Of a stretch of DNA of 64,000 bases, positions 1 to 14,037 are shown in pieces (positions within the stretch are counted from its first letter, which is position 1; every line of letters starts with the position of its first letter). Under the pieces are notes generated by a model. That model made no database searches and was not told the origin of the DNA. It was given only the letters and a program-made list of their open reading frames with translations. Origin of the DNA: Eledone cirrhosa (taxonomy: Eukaryota). The DNA lies in assembly GCA_964016885.1 (NCBI GenBank), contig OZ024749.1, forward strand, positions 42,284,001-42,348,000, read 5' to 3'. The translations under genes and the position numbers were made by a program.

Positions 1-127
1 GCTAACCTCGACAGGATTTGAACTAAATGAAAAGTAAAATAAACGCAGTGATACAGACGGTCTCGACTGAGAATCGAAACCGCGTAGAGGAGGTCAAGTT
101 CCCAGTGCCCACCACAAATACGCCACT

Positions 128-255
128 GACCGCTTCCACACGGGTTGCCTTAATAGGGAATCGAAACCAGCACAGCATTTTCAACGACAGCTGCCACACT
201 GGTCGCCTTAACAAGGAATCGAAACCAGCACATTGTCACCGACCGCTTTACAACC
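128..255 (+). repeat. Short degenerate ~58-bp tandem repeat (~2.3 copies)
   Basis: CCACAC.GG..GCCTTAA..GGAATCGAAACCAGCACA at 136-174 and 194-232; GAATCGAAACC also at ~71. Confidence 0.6.
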
Positions 256-1668
256 GACGAAATTTCCCATACAGCCATAGCCGGGAGATAAAGTCAGCAG
301 AACAGGAGGAAAAGAAGGGAACAGTTTCTTTTTCAGCTGGGTCCTTCTTGCAAGACAGTCAACTTAGTTCACGGTTCAATGGCGACTGTGATACATATAC
401 ATATATACATATATAACATTCACAGCGAGACTTAAAATAGGTTTATTACACATAAACATATCGTATATGCCTCCATAACTCAAGTATAGGACCGAGGACT
501 GAGAAATGTGAGCAAGGAAGACATTTTAAATATGTTTAAAACACATCAAACGTGAAATAGACATGTCATTCAAATTAATTTTAAAAATCGGCAACATTTA
601 TTAAACCTGGTCCCGCAAAATGAGATCTTCAGTCAGCAAAACAACTATACACGTCCGAACCCTATGTGACTCTTTGGTTGGATGCCCCCACCACATGCCC
701 CGATATGGAAACCCGGGGCCGTCGCACCCTCTATCTCTTTGCACGCTAATGCTTCAAATACACCGCTATTATAATATATATACCACACACAAATTCAAAA
801 TATAAAAGAGTTGAACGTGTCGAAACGATATGAATAAAATATGTTAGCTATATAATAACACACACACACATTATATATATATATATATATACTTTCAACA
901 TATACAAATATGTGTGAACACAAAACATACAGATGTATGTGTGTGTATATGTTATTCAAGATGGCAGGAGACAGAGAAAGAGAAAGAAACTAAGGACGAA
1001 AGCGAGTTTAGAACCCTTATAACAACACATTTCATTTTAAATCGACCAATTGATGATGATGATGGAGGCTACTACTACTACTACTACTACTACTAATATT
1101 ACATATAAAACTGAAGGTGGTATAAGAAACTAAACAGGGAGAGAGAAGGAGGAATTGTGTGAAGAGAAGAAAGCGTCCGAAGCAGGGTAAAAGGGACAAC
1201 GATGTGTGTGTAGCTGTATGTATGTGCCGTGTATGCAGATGTATGTGTTGTGCTGTGTGTATATGGTATGTATGGCAGTGTAGGTGTGTATATATGTATG
1301 TTCAGTGTATATGTATGCTGTGATGGATAGATTAGACGTAGAGGAATTTATGGAAGGAAGTCATCGATACAGACTACTTCCTTCACCATTGATATGGAGG
1401 TGAGAGAGAGAGAGAGAGAGAGAGAGAGTGAGAGAGACATAGAGGTGAAGGGGAAAGAGAAAGATTATATATATAGACAGAGAGAAAGAAAGAGATGTCA
1501 TTGTGAATCAACGGTGATAGAGAGAGAGAATCTAATGGATAGAAAAGGTGGGAGATGGTAATATATAGACACAGATAAAGAGCAAATAACTATATATATA
1601 CACACACACACATATATATATTGCTTTCTGTCTTTCTCTCTCCCTGCCCTTATATACAGTGAGATAGT

Positions 1669-1732
<64 letters not shown>

Positions 1733-2700
1733 AGAAAGAGAGAGAGCAATGTCGTTATTTAAAGATAGTACAGTCATTGATTGACAATGATAAGAAATAA
1801 AACAAAAAAGGAGAGAAAGAGAGAGGGGGGAAGGAATGTCAGTAGTTATCAAGTGATAATAATAAAAATAATACAATGAGAGAGAAGTCGTTGCCCAGCA
1901 GAGGGAGAGAGAGAGAAAGGGAGAGATTATTTGACAACATAGACAAGGGGAAGTTGGTTAGATTTTTTTTTAATCATCGTCAAATACTATATAAGAAGAC
2001 TGAGATGATATGATATACAAGATGTGATGAACGTTGCTGTTTGAATGAGAAATATTTCAAGTAGTGGACTGTATATATGTGTGTGTATGTATGTATAATG
2101 CAATAAAAACAACATGGATACCTGCTCTGCTTACAGAGTTCCAGTGTGGTTGGTAGACAACGACGGAGTAAGGTATGGTGAGTGTGAGTGACAGAGTGGG
2201 AGAGTGAGTTGGGGAAGAGAGAAGTTTACTGGAGAGAGCGAGAGTGATTTACTAGAGATAAAGAATGGCACAGAGAGGGGGTTTAGGAAAGAGAAAGCAG
2301 TATATTAGAAACGAGGAGTGACAGACAGAGAGATAGAGAGAGAGAGAGCGGGCAGCTTACACGAGAGAGAGAAAGACTCGAGTAGACTAGTGCAGCGACA
2401 TCGAGCGGTTCTATTACAAAACTAACGATCAAACTAAGAACCATAACTCACTAGCCCACTCCTTTCCTTCTTGTCAAGTCACAAGCTGATTCTAACTTTA
2501 AAAAAATTAAAATTAAATCTATGGTTCTCTTACTGATAAATTGTAGGAGGGGTGGAATAGGATGGGATGGATCAAACCCTTCAATACCCCCACCCACAAA
2601 ATATCTTACCTATATGTACATTATCAAAGATATAAGCGACGCATGGAAAATATATATATATATATATATACGATATATTAACAAATGGAAACTATATTTA

Positions 2701-2786
<86 letters not shown>

Positions 2787-2889
2787 TTTTAAACCGTTCA
2801 CGCTACTGATATTTAAACTTCTGTTAATCAAACATTTTATTTACAATCTGTGTATATTATTTTTATATGGATATTAAATCGATTTCAGG

Positions 2890-3050
2890 ACTCGGTTGGT
2901 ACTTTATATTTTATTCAAAATCGATCACGAAAGAATGTACAGGCGAAAAAAGTTGACCTCGACGGGATTAGACAGTGAGGACGTAAAGGGCCATAACGAG
3001 AGAGAATTGCATTCTTGATCGACGCTCACGCTCCAACGATTTTCGGTTGT
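2890..3050 (-). mobile_element. Degenerate tRNA-derived SINE (family S2)
   Basis: GGTACTTTAT...AAAGTTGACCTCGACGGGATT...GTAAAGGGCCATAAC matches the S2 copies at 58865-59051 and 38306-38900. Confidence 0.7.
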
Positions 3051-3183
3051 CAAACAACGTCAACTTTCAATCCCAATAAAATATTCTGTGTAGATAACAT
3101 CAGTTTAGTCAAGACCTTTCGATAAGCAACTCTATTTACATAACATCTATGTGTGTATATACATACGTACGTACAAATCTCAC

Positions 3184-3241
<58 letters not shown>

Positions 3242-3356
3242 GGCGCACGCGCGGGGTATTAGTACACTAAAAAAAACTGTCAGTTTCATAGAAAACTACT
3301 TGTTTACGTATCAAAGGCTCATTCTTTTGTAATGCGAAATCACACTCAACTATATA

Positions 3357-3432
3357 CAGAGCGTCCCCCAAAAATGTATACATACTGCAACAGCATTCTA
3401 ATAAATGTGTAAAGTTGTTTTGGGACACCCTG
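3357..3432. mobile_element. Tc1/mariner-type MITE (family M1)
   Basis: TA|CAGAGCGTCCCCAAAA...TTTTGGGACACCCTG|TA terminal inverted repeats with TA flanks; related copies at 11637-11714, 15852-15928, 39478-39573. Confidence 0.75.
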
Positions 3433-4118
3433 TATATATATATATATATATATCTATACACACACACACTCACAAATAATGAATCAAAACATAAAATATG
3501 CTAGAATTCTGAGTTTCCCAAGCAAGACCAAACCAGCTTATGGATATTATCCAACCATTTTGCTCGTAGTCTACTTTTCCCATAAAACCTGTCTTGCAAT
3601 TCTTTCCAGACCAGATTCTGAGAGTTGAAATTTACAGCTTACACCTATGCAGGTTTAGCCAGCCTCATACGAAGCTGTACCCCAGAATAAGTTTCTTGTG
3701 AGCTTCAATGTTAGAGACTCTAGTCTTATCTTGAAAAGCAATATGAAATGGAAGTATCTTACTCAAGAACACAATGCATTGTTTGGTCCAAGAATCGAAC
3801 CCAAGACTTTATGATAATGAAGTCCAACACCCTTACCACAAGACCACATATTTTCACTTGTGGTTGATATTAAAAGGAAAGGAGCTGATCTCCAGATTGG
3901 GCAAAGGAAACTATATTTCCATTGTTGGTATAACGATATAACTGACTTAAAAACCTATGAAGAAGACTGTCCCCCCCCAGAGTCCATGAGCTATGATCAA
4001 AATTTAAAAGGTTGCAGTTTAAAATATATAAGTATTCTTCACGATCAGGCCAATAAAAGCAAAATTTAAAAATATATATATATATCATAATTTTTACAGT
4101 TATGTAAAAACTCTTGAT

Positions 4119-4390
4119 GTGAAATCATGTGTTGAAACTGATATTGTATTTGGAGATGGTCATGTTGCCAGTATCACCAATAAAAAGAAACACATGCACC
4201 ATGTGATTTCACAAAACAAAAGACAAGATGGAGTTGCAGAAAGAGGAGGCACAAAAGAGAACAGATTATCAATGAAGAGGTCACAGAATATGATGAACTA
4301 ACTAGTAATAAAGATAAAGAGAAAAAATGAAAAATCATATGGTGCATGTGTTTCTGGCAATATGTGACCATCTCCAAATATAACAATATA
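4119..4390. mobile_element. Fold-back element, PLE pLTR-like family C, decayed hammerhead half-core
   Basis: Inverted arms (TTTGGAGATGGTCA...GAAACACATGCACCAT / ATGGTGCATGTGTTTC...TGACCATCTCCAAA) around ATGAAGAGGTCACAGAAT; homologous to 56960-57375. Confidence 0.6.
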
Positions 4391-6297
4391 TCATAATCGT
4401 TTTTAAACCAACAGGAATAGTTTAATATATTTAGATGTTTCTTAGAACCTGATCTAGGTTTAAAACTGCCTACCACTGAACCAGAAATTTAGAACATAGT
4501 ATCAACAAAGAAACATCAACCATCCCATTAAACAAGTCGGCTTCTCATTTCATACTCACACTTGTTTAACTGAATTATTCAGTTATACATATCTTTCAAT
4601 TGAGCGAGAAAACTGAGAAAACAAGTTTGTAGTTAGTTAATAAAACCGGCTTTTTAAGTAGACTGAGCTGGAGTCTGTGAGAAAAGTTCATTTCAATAAG
4701 CGCGGGTGGGGGGCTTGGTAATAAAAAGATTGGAAATCATTACTCAGTGGAATTTTTATATTAAGTATGGTGCAGTGCTCTTACTGAGTGGACCAATCCT
4801 GCAACCTAGTTTCAGTTTTCTAGTTTAGCATTATTAACATTCTCATATCATCATCATCATCACTCCATGTATGCTTTCCCTGCTAGCATGGGTCAGACAA
4901 GTCATAATAGTGTGAGACTAGATTTGGCATCAGCACAGAACTCAATGTAGAAGGGCATAAACATCACAATATCCCTTGCCTTAAGAACATAAGGAATTAC
5001 GGGCATTTGTATCATCATCATTTTATGTCTGTTTTTCTCTGCTTGCAAGGGTGGAATCGATCCTCTTCAGCACCTCATCTCTCCATTGTAATTTGTAAAA
5101 AAAAGTAAAATATCAGGTTACCTTATAGATCCAATGACTGAACAAATATAAAATAAAACAATAACTAACACTTTTGATACCAAACCACCCTTGGTTCTAT
5201 TTTAACCCTTTTGGTACCAAACTACACCCAGTTCTCTAATATTAAGCTATTTTAATCTTTTTGATACTAAGCCATCCCTACTTCTATGACAGTAAGTTGT
5301 TCATACATATATCTAAAACCTTTCCATCATAAACATATGTAAGAAACTTTGCTGAGTTACGTTCCAAACACCAGTAAGAATGGGCAACTGCTGGTCTTCC
5401 ACAAAAAGACAAATAAAAAAACACCGCGCCAGGACTTGTACCTAGGAGGGGAAGTTTCTAGGTGCAAACCCATGGTCATTTCTCCCTGTTTATGGTAACA
5501 AAAGTGTTACGTAGGAACAATCAGTCTCACTGATGAAGAGAAGGGATGGGTAACTAATATATTACTGGTACATCAAGAGTAAAGGCCAACAAACAATCAG
5601 GTGTAAGTATGACTGATAGGAATAAAGAGATAAGGGCAGGGTATGGCATATATCGATGGTGATGGTGGATAGCAATGGTTGGTTAGGTGTTGATAGGAAG
5701 GTGAAAATTGGTTATGTCACAGCTATGCCATTAACACATACATACATACATATATATATACTTACTCACATGCAGACAGACATCTGAAGCTTCAGTATGG
5801 TTTAGTAAAAAAATCAATGTTGATTATTACAATAGTAGGGGGGGGGGATGGGCAGAGAGTGAGACAGACAGAGACAGAAAGTGTGTGTGTGCATGTATGT
5901 TGGTGTGTGTATGTATGTGTGACTTATCATCATTGATTTTTACATGTTTCTGGTATTTTCATGCAGGCAGAGGTTGGATGGTTCCACAACATAGCACCTT
6001 CCAACACAGACAAACAGAGAGCGTAATGATACTAGGCAACCTCATTAAAGTTGGTGCCATGATAAAATACACCCAGTTCACTCTGTAAAGTGGTTGGTGT
6101 TAGGAAAGGCATCCAGCTGTAGAAACCCTGCATCACATGTCCATACCAATGCAGTCTTCCCAATGACAGTTCGGTGAAGATGTGTCAAGAGTTCTAAATG
6201 GAAGGAATATGACAAAGAGGAAGACATGAGCAAAAGTAGTGAGATGCCCCCATCCAAGAATTAGAAAATGAACATGATGATGATGATGAACCCTTAA

Positions 6298-6502
6298 CCC
6301 TTTAGCATTTAAACCGGCCATATTCGTCCAGAATTCTCTCACCTCTTTCTGTTGAAATCGGTCATAACTGCCCATTCATACTGACGTTAATGTATTGTTC
6401 TCAAAATAAATATGAAAATCGCATAGATTCAATATTATGTGGGATAAAGAATTTCATGTGAAAATACAATAGTAAATATAGAGTAATGTGAATGCTAAAG
6501 GG
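6298..6502 (+). mobile_element. piggyBac-type MITE (family P1)
   Basis: TTAA|CCCTTTAGCATT...AATGCTAAAGGG|TTAA: TIRs and TTAA target duplication; three more copies in the window. Confidence 0.85.
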
Positions 6503-6555
6503 TTAAACCATAGAAGAGAGTGTGGATGGTGGAGGCAATAAGTTATTGGGTGGTA

Positions 6556-7108
6556 AGAAACTTTCAGGAGAGTTGGACAGCAGAAGGTCTTCAGAGAAGA
6601 AACTCTCCTGAGAGCTAGACAGCAGAAGGTCTTCAGAGAAGAAACTCTCCTGAGAGCTGGACAGCAGAAGGTCTTAAGAGAAGAAACTCTCAGGAGAGCT
6701 AGACAGCAGAAGGTCTTCAGAGAAGAAACTCTCAGGAGAGTTGGACAGCAGAAGGTCTTCAGAGAAGAAACTCTCCTGAGAGCTGGACAGCAGAAAGTCT
6801 TCAGAGAAGAAACTCTCAGGAGAGCTGGACAGCAGAAAGTCTTCAGAGAAGAAACTCTCAGGAGAGCTAGACAGCAGAAGGTCTTCAGAGAAGAAACTCT
6901 CAGGAGAGCTGGACAGCAGAAAGTCTTCAGAGAAGAAACTCTCAGGAGAGCTGGACAGCAGAAGGTCTTCAGAGAAGAAACTCTCAGGAGAGCTAGACAG
7001 CAGAAGGTCTTCAGAGAAGAAACTCTCAGGAGAGCTAGACAGCAGAAGGTCTTCAAAGAAGAAACTCTCAGGAGAGCTAGACAGCAGAAGGTCTTCAGAG
7101 AAGAAACC
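6556..7108. repeat. 42-bp minisatellite, ~13 copies
   Basis: Unit GAAGAAACTCTCAGGAGAGCTAGACAGCAGAAGGTCTTCAGA; explains the 14-aa repeat ORFs 6454-7056 and 6674-7120. Confidence 0.95.
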
Positions 7109-7109
7109 T

Positions 7110-7350
7110 ATCTCAAGCAAGTGTTTCAGCCTTTAACTTCTAGATAATGAGCTAAGACATCGAAGGTATGTCCTGTAAATGCCATTTTTAGTGTATGAAT
7201 TAAGGAACTGCATTCATTCTTTCTTCACGAATCCAAGTACAGTCATACTTTGGTCCTGACAGGTGGGTGTATATCCTATAGCTTCAATAATAACAGGTAT
7301 GAAGCTGAACGTGTATCTTGGGTACTGGATCTGTGAACTCCTCACCGATG
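7110..7350 (-). pseudogene. Possible decayed C-terminal fragment of an RLE-type (R4/NeSL-like) non-LTR retrotransposon
   Basis: Minus strand reads ...QIQYPRYTFSFIPVIIEAIGYTP..., resembling the IPIIIGALG segment after the restriction-like endonuclease; stop codons nearby. Confidence 0.4.
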
Positions 7351-7864
7351 GTCCATAGGTATATATTCCTTCTCTTGCATTTTACTTACTACATTGTGTG
7401 TGTATATGTATCTGTGTGTGAGGAGTTGGGAAAGAATTAGTGTTAGTTTCAATTCCATGGAAGTCTTCACTGGAAGGCAAGTTATGTGACAGCTGTCACC
7501 CCTGTAAGTTAATGGGACTGATCACTCATTAAATGGATACCATTAATTACAGAATAGTCAAGCAGAAAAATAGGCAATTAAGTCACCTGTGTGTGAATAA
7601 GTAGATATATAGAGAGAGGGATGGGGAGAGAAAGAAACAGAAGAGGGAGAGAGAGTCAAGGAATCCAATGAAAATTAATAGAAAGTTCCAATTGAACAAT
7701 TTGTGTCAACTCTTTTGATACCAAATCACCTGAAACCACCTCTGCTTCTATGACACAAAACTGTTTATGTCAAAGTGTTTATGTTTGTTTAAGAAGTTTC
7801 CATTATAATTTTATGTAAGAACCTTTATTTAGTTCCAAACACCAGATAATCATTCATCATTGGT

Positions 7865-8366
7865 TACACAGGGGTACAATGTACCTATTGTAAACCAGAT
7901 ACACACAGGGGTACAATGTACCTATTGTAAACCAGATACACACAGGGGTATGGTGTACCTATTGTAACCCAGATACACACAGGGGTACAATGTACCTATT
8001 GTAAACCAGATACACACAGGGGTACAATGTACCTATTGTAAACCAGATACACACAGGGGTACGGTGTACCTATTGTAAACCAGATATATACAGAGATACG
8101 GTGTAGATATTCTAAATCAGATACACAGGGGTACATACAGTGTACCTATTCTAAACCAGATACAAAGGGGTACATACAGTGTACCTATTCTAAATCATAT
8201 ACACAGGGGTACATACAGTGTACCTACCTATTCTAAACCAGATAGATACACAGAGGTACATACAGTGTACCTATTCTAAACCAGACACACAGGGGTACAT
8301 ACAGTGTACCTATTCTAAACCAGACAGACACAGGGATACAGTGTACCTGCTGTAAACCAGACACAC
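7865..8366. repeat. 37-40-bp minisatellite, ~13 copies, internal palindrome
   Basis: Unit GATACACACAGGGGTACAATGTACCTATTGTAAACCA; later units lengthen to GGTACATACAGTGTACC. Confidence 0.9.
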
Positions 8367-8828
8367 ACACAGCAGTAGTCATAGAAGTATGAATGAGAGA
8401 CATCTGAGATAATAAATATACCTATTATATAAATGTAAAGTACATATTTTTTAATTGCTTCTATTCTTTTCAGCATTTTCATTATTGAAATGTAATCAAG
8501 ACTGGAAAATAATTTCATATGATGATAAAATTCAATGAAAAATACTTCCGTTCTTTAAATAGTTTAATTACCGAATGTGAAGATTAAATCTGAGAATAAT
8601 CAATAAGGGTGATACAAATTAAAGAAATACAAATGTGGTAGTGGGTTAGATTAGTTCTAAGATATTCATTGTACTATATATATATACAAGGGACGGCCAT
8701 CAAAGAAACAACACCACACGTTCAGCCTCCCCCCCCCCTGTATCATGAAAAGAAAATCTTTTTTGTAGAAATTATTGGATTTTTCCAAATTTAAGGGTTT
8801 CTTAGGAACTTTCAATGTTTATTTTAGG

Positions 8829-8893
8829 TTTTGCTGTCTGGAGAGCTCAGACTATCTTAACTGATAGTCCTCAGTCAAATATGTATAACAAAG
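8829..8893 (+). ncRNA. Decayed hammerhead-like motif (family A-like)
   Basis: TTTTGCTGT-CTGGAGA-[GACTATC/GATAGTC stem]-CAAA-TATGTATAACAAAG; two core substitutions. Confidence 0.3.
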
Positions 8894-9189
8894 TTTGAAA
8901 TAAACCTGAATCAACTGGATATGGCCTCCGATCTTTTATTATACATACATATATATATATAATGTGTGTGTGTGTGTGTGTGTGTGTTTGTATTGAAACA
9001 ATGAAAATATTCCATAATGAAAATATATTTGATAAAATAGAGGGGTTTTTTTTTTCCATTTCCACAGTGAAAGTGTACACTATCTCGATTATGCCGCTGA
9101 TATCCTTCTATATGTAAGATACACATCTGTCAATTCTCAGAACCAGTATTTACAAGTTGTGCACAAAATGGTTTGTGGTATTTGTCCCA

Positions 9190-9540
9190 GCTCTTTTACA
9201 TTCTTGGTTCAAACCACACTGAGGTCAAATTTGCCTTTCATCATTAACAGGGTCAATAAAACAAAGTACCAATTAAGTACTGGGGTAGATATAATTGACT
9301 TTCTTCTTCCTCCAAATTGCTGGCTGTGTGCCAGTATTAGAAAGAAATATTAGATCGTCAGATAAACTGCCTTGGGGTATTTGGTCTAGCTCTTTACACT
9401 CTGAATTCAAATCCTACTGAGGTCAACTCAGTTTTTTATCCTTTCAATATTAATAAAATAAAATACCAGTTAACTGCTAGGGTTGATTTAACTCTTTTTG
9501 CACCAAGATTTGTGGCCTTGTGCCCATGTTAGAAATCATC
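9190..9540 (+). mobile_element. Two tandem degenerate S2 SINE copies
   Basis: GGTTCAAACC...TTGCCTTTCATC...AAAGTACC and GAATTCAAATCC...TTTATCCTT...AAATACCAG motifs. Confidence 0.7.
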
Positions 9541-9824
9541 ATTCATCATCTTCATTTAATGTCCATTTTTCACGCTTGCATGGGCGAGATGGGTTGTCAC
9601 GTTATGCGACAGGTCAGGTCTAGAGACCACATCTTGCTCATACGGATGTTTTGGGTTTGGTTTCTACTGCCGAATGCCCTTACTAACACCAACCACATTA
9701 CAGTATGTATGGTATATTATTAAATCTCTTCAAATTCTTCATTATTTTCAAATTAGACAACATAATTCAATAGAAATATAGTAACAAAAGGGTTAAAGTA
9801 ATGCTCCAAACACCAGTGTAATAA

Positions 9825-10045
9825 TTATTTCTACTTTTGGCACAAGGCCAGCAATTATCCCAGTGCATTACTGGTACTTTATTTTATCAACCCTGTAAGG
9901 GTGAAAGGCAAAGTTAACCTTGAACTCAGACCACAAAGGGCCACAAATGACGACTAGTTTAAGCACAAGGCAGAATTTGAACTCGGAACAAATACTACTA
10001 ACCATTTGACCTATGCTCTACCAACTCTGCCAGTACACTGCCCTC
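9825..10045 (-). mobile_element. S2 SINE copy
   Basis: GGCACAAGGCCAGCAATT...ACTGGTACTTTATTTTATC...GAAAGGCAAAGTTAACC. Confidence 0.8.
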
Positions 10046-11003
10046 CAAACACCAGTTTCATAAAAAGAAACTTCTTCCAAATTCTTGATTATTTTCAAAA
10101 AATTTTCAAAATCACAGGCAGATGTCTTTCATAAGAAATAGTAATGAAAGGGTTAATTCAGACATACATTGCAAGTGAGAGGGCCAGTCGTCTCAACAGA
10201 CAGACAGGGAAAGGAAGAAGAGCATCAATAGATGCCGGACATGAACAAATCGATAATAGAAGGAAGTAACTAAGGAATAAATCCATTGAACGAGTATCTT
10301 TGATAAAAAAAAAAGTGCAGTACACAATTATGTTGAACAAAACACATGTGGATGATGATGGTGGCGATGGTGGAGGCGGTGGTGGTGGTAACGGTAGGGA
10401 TGATGGTGGCGATGGTGGAGGCGGTGGTGGTGGTAACGGTAGGGATGATGGTGGCGGTGGGGATGATGACTAACTGTTGTGAGTGACCTTGAATTTAATA
10501 AACTAAAGAATGGACAAATAAATCAGACCAGTTCGGATTATTCTAAATCTGGCATAGTTCCCATACACATACTTGTGTGCGTGTGTGTTTGTACGTAGTA
10601 TATATATATGTGTGTGTGTGTACAATGTATATCCGTCAACAACATTCTAATATGTATGTATACATATATATGCGTGTGTATATATATATATAAACACACA
10701 GACACACTTACACAAAGATGTCATGCTCTGTGTACTGTGAAATGCTTGTCTTTTAATCTCTATGTATGTATCTAACGTTTGAGTGTGTGTCTGCTCTACG
10801 AATACAATGTGAACACAAACGTACCCATTAGTTAATACAGAAATGTGTTTCTGATTTGTTAATATATGTATATATCCTGCTTGCAAGGATATCCCACAAA
10901 ACTAGTTTAGAATCAATAACTATATAATGTATGTGTAAGTATATATATATATCATTACCCCTGCTAGGTTTATACATCTATACAATGTGCGTGTGTGTAT
11001 ATG

Positions 11004-11035
<32 letters not shown>

Positions 11036-11339
11036 TACCTTCTTTGATGTAACTTAAGAATTCAATTGTATATTATAACAAGTGAATACTGGTTTATGCC
11101 AGTTATTTAAACGTACCTATATATATATATATACTAATAATAAAAAGGACGAATTGTTAGATCTTCATTACATATATACATATATATTTATATAAAATTA
11201 TAATATCTATATTTTCTAACGTTGTAGAGTGAGATTTGAGAGAAATTTGGCTGCTATTTTTAGCAGGTAGAGTAGTCCGTTTGGTTGTTTTCTGAATGGC
11301 ATGGCACGCCTAATTTCAAAATTGCCTTGAAAATGTTTT

Positions 11340-11412
11340 AGTAGTGCGGCCCGCCTTATTATTACCCATACCCTATGCGGCCCACAGCCCGAGAAAGGTA
11401 ACCCATGCCTGC
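11340..11412. mobile_element. Probable hAT-type non-autonomous element end
   Basis: Repeated TGCGGCCC subterminal motif ending ...CCCATGCCTG; partner end not found. Confidence 0.4.
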
Positions 11413-11825
11413 CATAGAACCTCAGTATTCTAATACCATGCGAATGTATGCGTGGGTGTGTGTATGTGTATATATATAGCGACACTGTGTGTGAGTAGTG
11501 AAATGGCTGTCCAAGAGTGAATCACGTTAAATACATAGCAACAATTTTTCTTATTTTCTTCTGCCCCCAATGTGATTTCAAACGAATTACTACTACTACT
11601 ACTACTACTACTACTACAATAGATAACACTACTGTCACTACACTTCAACAGCATTCTAATAAATTGCCTGTACAGGTAATCAAAGTGTGTATACATTTTT
11701 GGGGACACTTTGTACGTACGTGTGTGTGTGTGTGTGTGTGTGTGTATTATATATTGCGGGTGTTTCTAGTGATGTTACCACTGAATGAAACAGAACCAGT
11801 TCTGTAACTGTCATTTCTCAATGAA

Positions 11826-11887
<62 letters not shown>

Positions 11888-12022
11888 TTGACAATCTAAG
11901 ATAAAAGTACATGACACACATGCCAAAAATATAATTATAATTATTCTTAATTAAATATGTATCACATTTAATTAATGAATATTTTACTTGAAAAGAGTTA
12001 AATTCCTATAGAAATTCATAGT

Positions 12023-12072
<50 letters not shown>

Positions 12073-12073
<1 letters not shown>

Positions 12074-12240
12074 TGTGTACTCGTGTATAAGACGCACCTT
12101 TTTTACGGAAAAAAACTTGACATAAGAAACAACATGCGACTTCTTTACTCGATCTACAAAACCTTATACATGTGTCAAGTATGTAAAATGGAGGTGCGAC
12201 TTATACAAAAGTCGCTGGTACAGGTAACTAAATTCTACAG
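12073..12240. mobile_element. Possible pogo/Tc2-like DNA transposon remnant
   Basis: CTCGTGTATAAGACGCAC and inverted GTGCGACTTATAC motifs. Confidence 0.4.
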
Positions 12241-12834
12241 TCACACGAATTGCTAGAAATAACAGCGGAATACCTCGACATATGACATTGTAGTGGTCCT
12301 AGATACATCCTCTAACAAGATGGGATGGCCACGTCGGGCATAACTTCGATCATAGGTCGAAGGTCAGACAAAAAATACCTAGTGGCATTTAGTAAGTCAC
12401 GTTCCTTTAAGTTTCCAAGTTCAAACCCCACCAACATCAATCAACCTCGCCCCTTTCAAACCTTCTAGGGGGTCGATAAAATAAAGTACCAGTCAAATAC
12501 TAGCGGATAATTGAATTTTCCTACAAAAACATGCCAGATCTGAATGGAATTATAAATATAGAAAGCAGATAACACAAGGTCAGCGCTGACCTGAAGCTAC
12601 GATAACAGTGAAATTCAATTATTATCATCTGATCGATCTATTTCGTCATTAACAAAACACGTCTTATCGATATTTATCATCGTCGACACGAAGAATTTGG
12701 ATAAAGAATCATACCTAGTCAGCTCGTGTATGATGAATCTAGATAGTTACTCTTCAAGAGGGTAAGACAGGTCAACTACTTCTCAGCACTAGCACCACCA
12801 CTACTACCATATCAGTCATGATCTAACAGAACAG

Positions 12835-13030
12835 GTACCCTCGGGTCTCGAATAACTGCCACCCCACTTACTCGCTTATTAATTTTTCAGATTTTTTCCA
12901 AATTAACCCTAACACGCTCTTTTTAAATTATGCTAATCTATCTCCGGCGAAATTTTATTTAAAGTGGTAGCATTCCTGCGACAATTAATTTTCTTTAGAC
13001 ATTAAAAAATACATTTTACATCACAAAAAA
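12835..13030 (+). repeat. Dispersed repeat, probably a DNA transposon end; second copy 62928-63082
   Basis: TCGGGTCTCGAATAA...GCTAATCTATCTCC.GCGAAATTTTATTT...GACAATTAATTTTCTTTAGACATTAAAAA shared by both loci. Confidence 0.75.
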
Positions 13031-13337
13031 AAAAGAACATTATAAGAAATACCATACGTTATGAAATAAATAGGATGGGTTGGGGTCTCAACATGTAAAC
13101 TAAACGACTAATCCTAGCTTTTAAAAAAATCAAGGGAGACAACTTAGAAAAAAAAAAATTATCGGTTTTTGGCTTGGGTGGTTAATGCTTTCTTGACCAC
13201 CTTTTCAGTTTTGCATGGCTTCTTAACACATTGTTTAGCTCTGGTTTTTAACTATTGAGCACTTTGCCAGTATCATTTCTGATTTTTGCGTTTCGCTTCG
13301 CTTTTCCTGCCCGCCGAAAATACGATTCTCGCTGAAT

Positions 13338-13379
<42 letters not shown>

Positions 13380-13696
13380 AGAGGGGGAGAAAAACAACAC
13401 TGTCCGCATGCGCCGAGAATATGCGCCGAGAAATTGCCAGCCCTTGAGTGATAGACTTAATCTATCGCCAAGCTTAACCCTTTAGATACCAAACTGCCTA
13501 ACACCACTCCTCATGCTATCATACAAAGTGTTAATACTCACATAATTTTATGCAAGAACTTTTGTTAAGTTATGTTCCAAACACTAATTATGAGACAGTT
13601 ATATTATCAAATTCCTCCAAGTTCTTGATTAAAAATATTTTTTAAATTATAGGTAGTATTTTTCATTTATATATATATATATATAACATCATGATA

Positions 13697-13780
13697 TTTA
13701 TTCGCGCGTTTCGTGGTCGATGAGCTCAAGGTAGGATCGGCAGTGATCGCGCCCGACTTTGCAATCGATAGCTCATCATA
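13697..13780 (-). ncRNA. 5'-clipped hammerhead-like motif (family E)
   Basis: Minus strand: (A)TGATGAG-[TCGAT...ATCGA stem]-CGAAACGCGCG-AATAAA; GAAACGCG is the typical palindromic stem III of PLE hammerheads; C3 and the UH site are not intact. Confidence 0.4.
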
Positions 13781-14012
13781 TGTTGTTATATTTGGAGATG
13801 GTAATATTATCAATAAGAGAAAGTCAAGATGGAATAAATAAAATAAAACCAGAAAGAAGAGGGGGCACAGAGGGGAAACGAAGTCTTTGAGGAGGTTACA
13901 CGATGTGTGACGAAAGAATTATGACAAAACCAACTATTAATAAGTGAAAATCAAATACTGCGTGTTTTTTTTTATTAGCAATATTGGCAACATGACCATC
14001 TCCAAACAAATA
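13781..14012. mobile_element. Fold-back family C copy with decayed hammerhead at 13883-13925
   Basis: GTCT-TTGAGGA-GGTTACA-CGATG-TGTGAC-GAAA-GAATTA-TGAC inside inverted TTTGGAGATGGT / ACCATCTCCAAA arms. Confidence 0.6.
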
Positions 14013-14037
14013 CATGTGTGTGTGTGTGTGTATGGAT

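Noticed and set aside
27-416. 129-aa ORF
   Set aside because: No recognisable domain; overlaps a short tandem duplication and ends in a microsatellite.
6454-7120. 14-aa repeat ORFs
   Set aside because: 42-bp minisatellite; no supporting gene structure.
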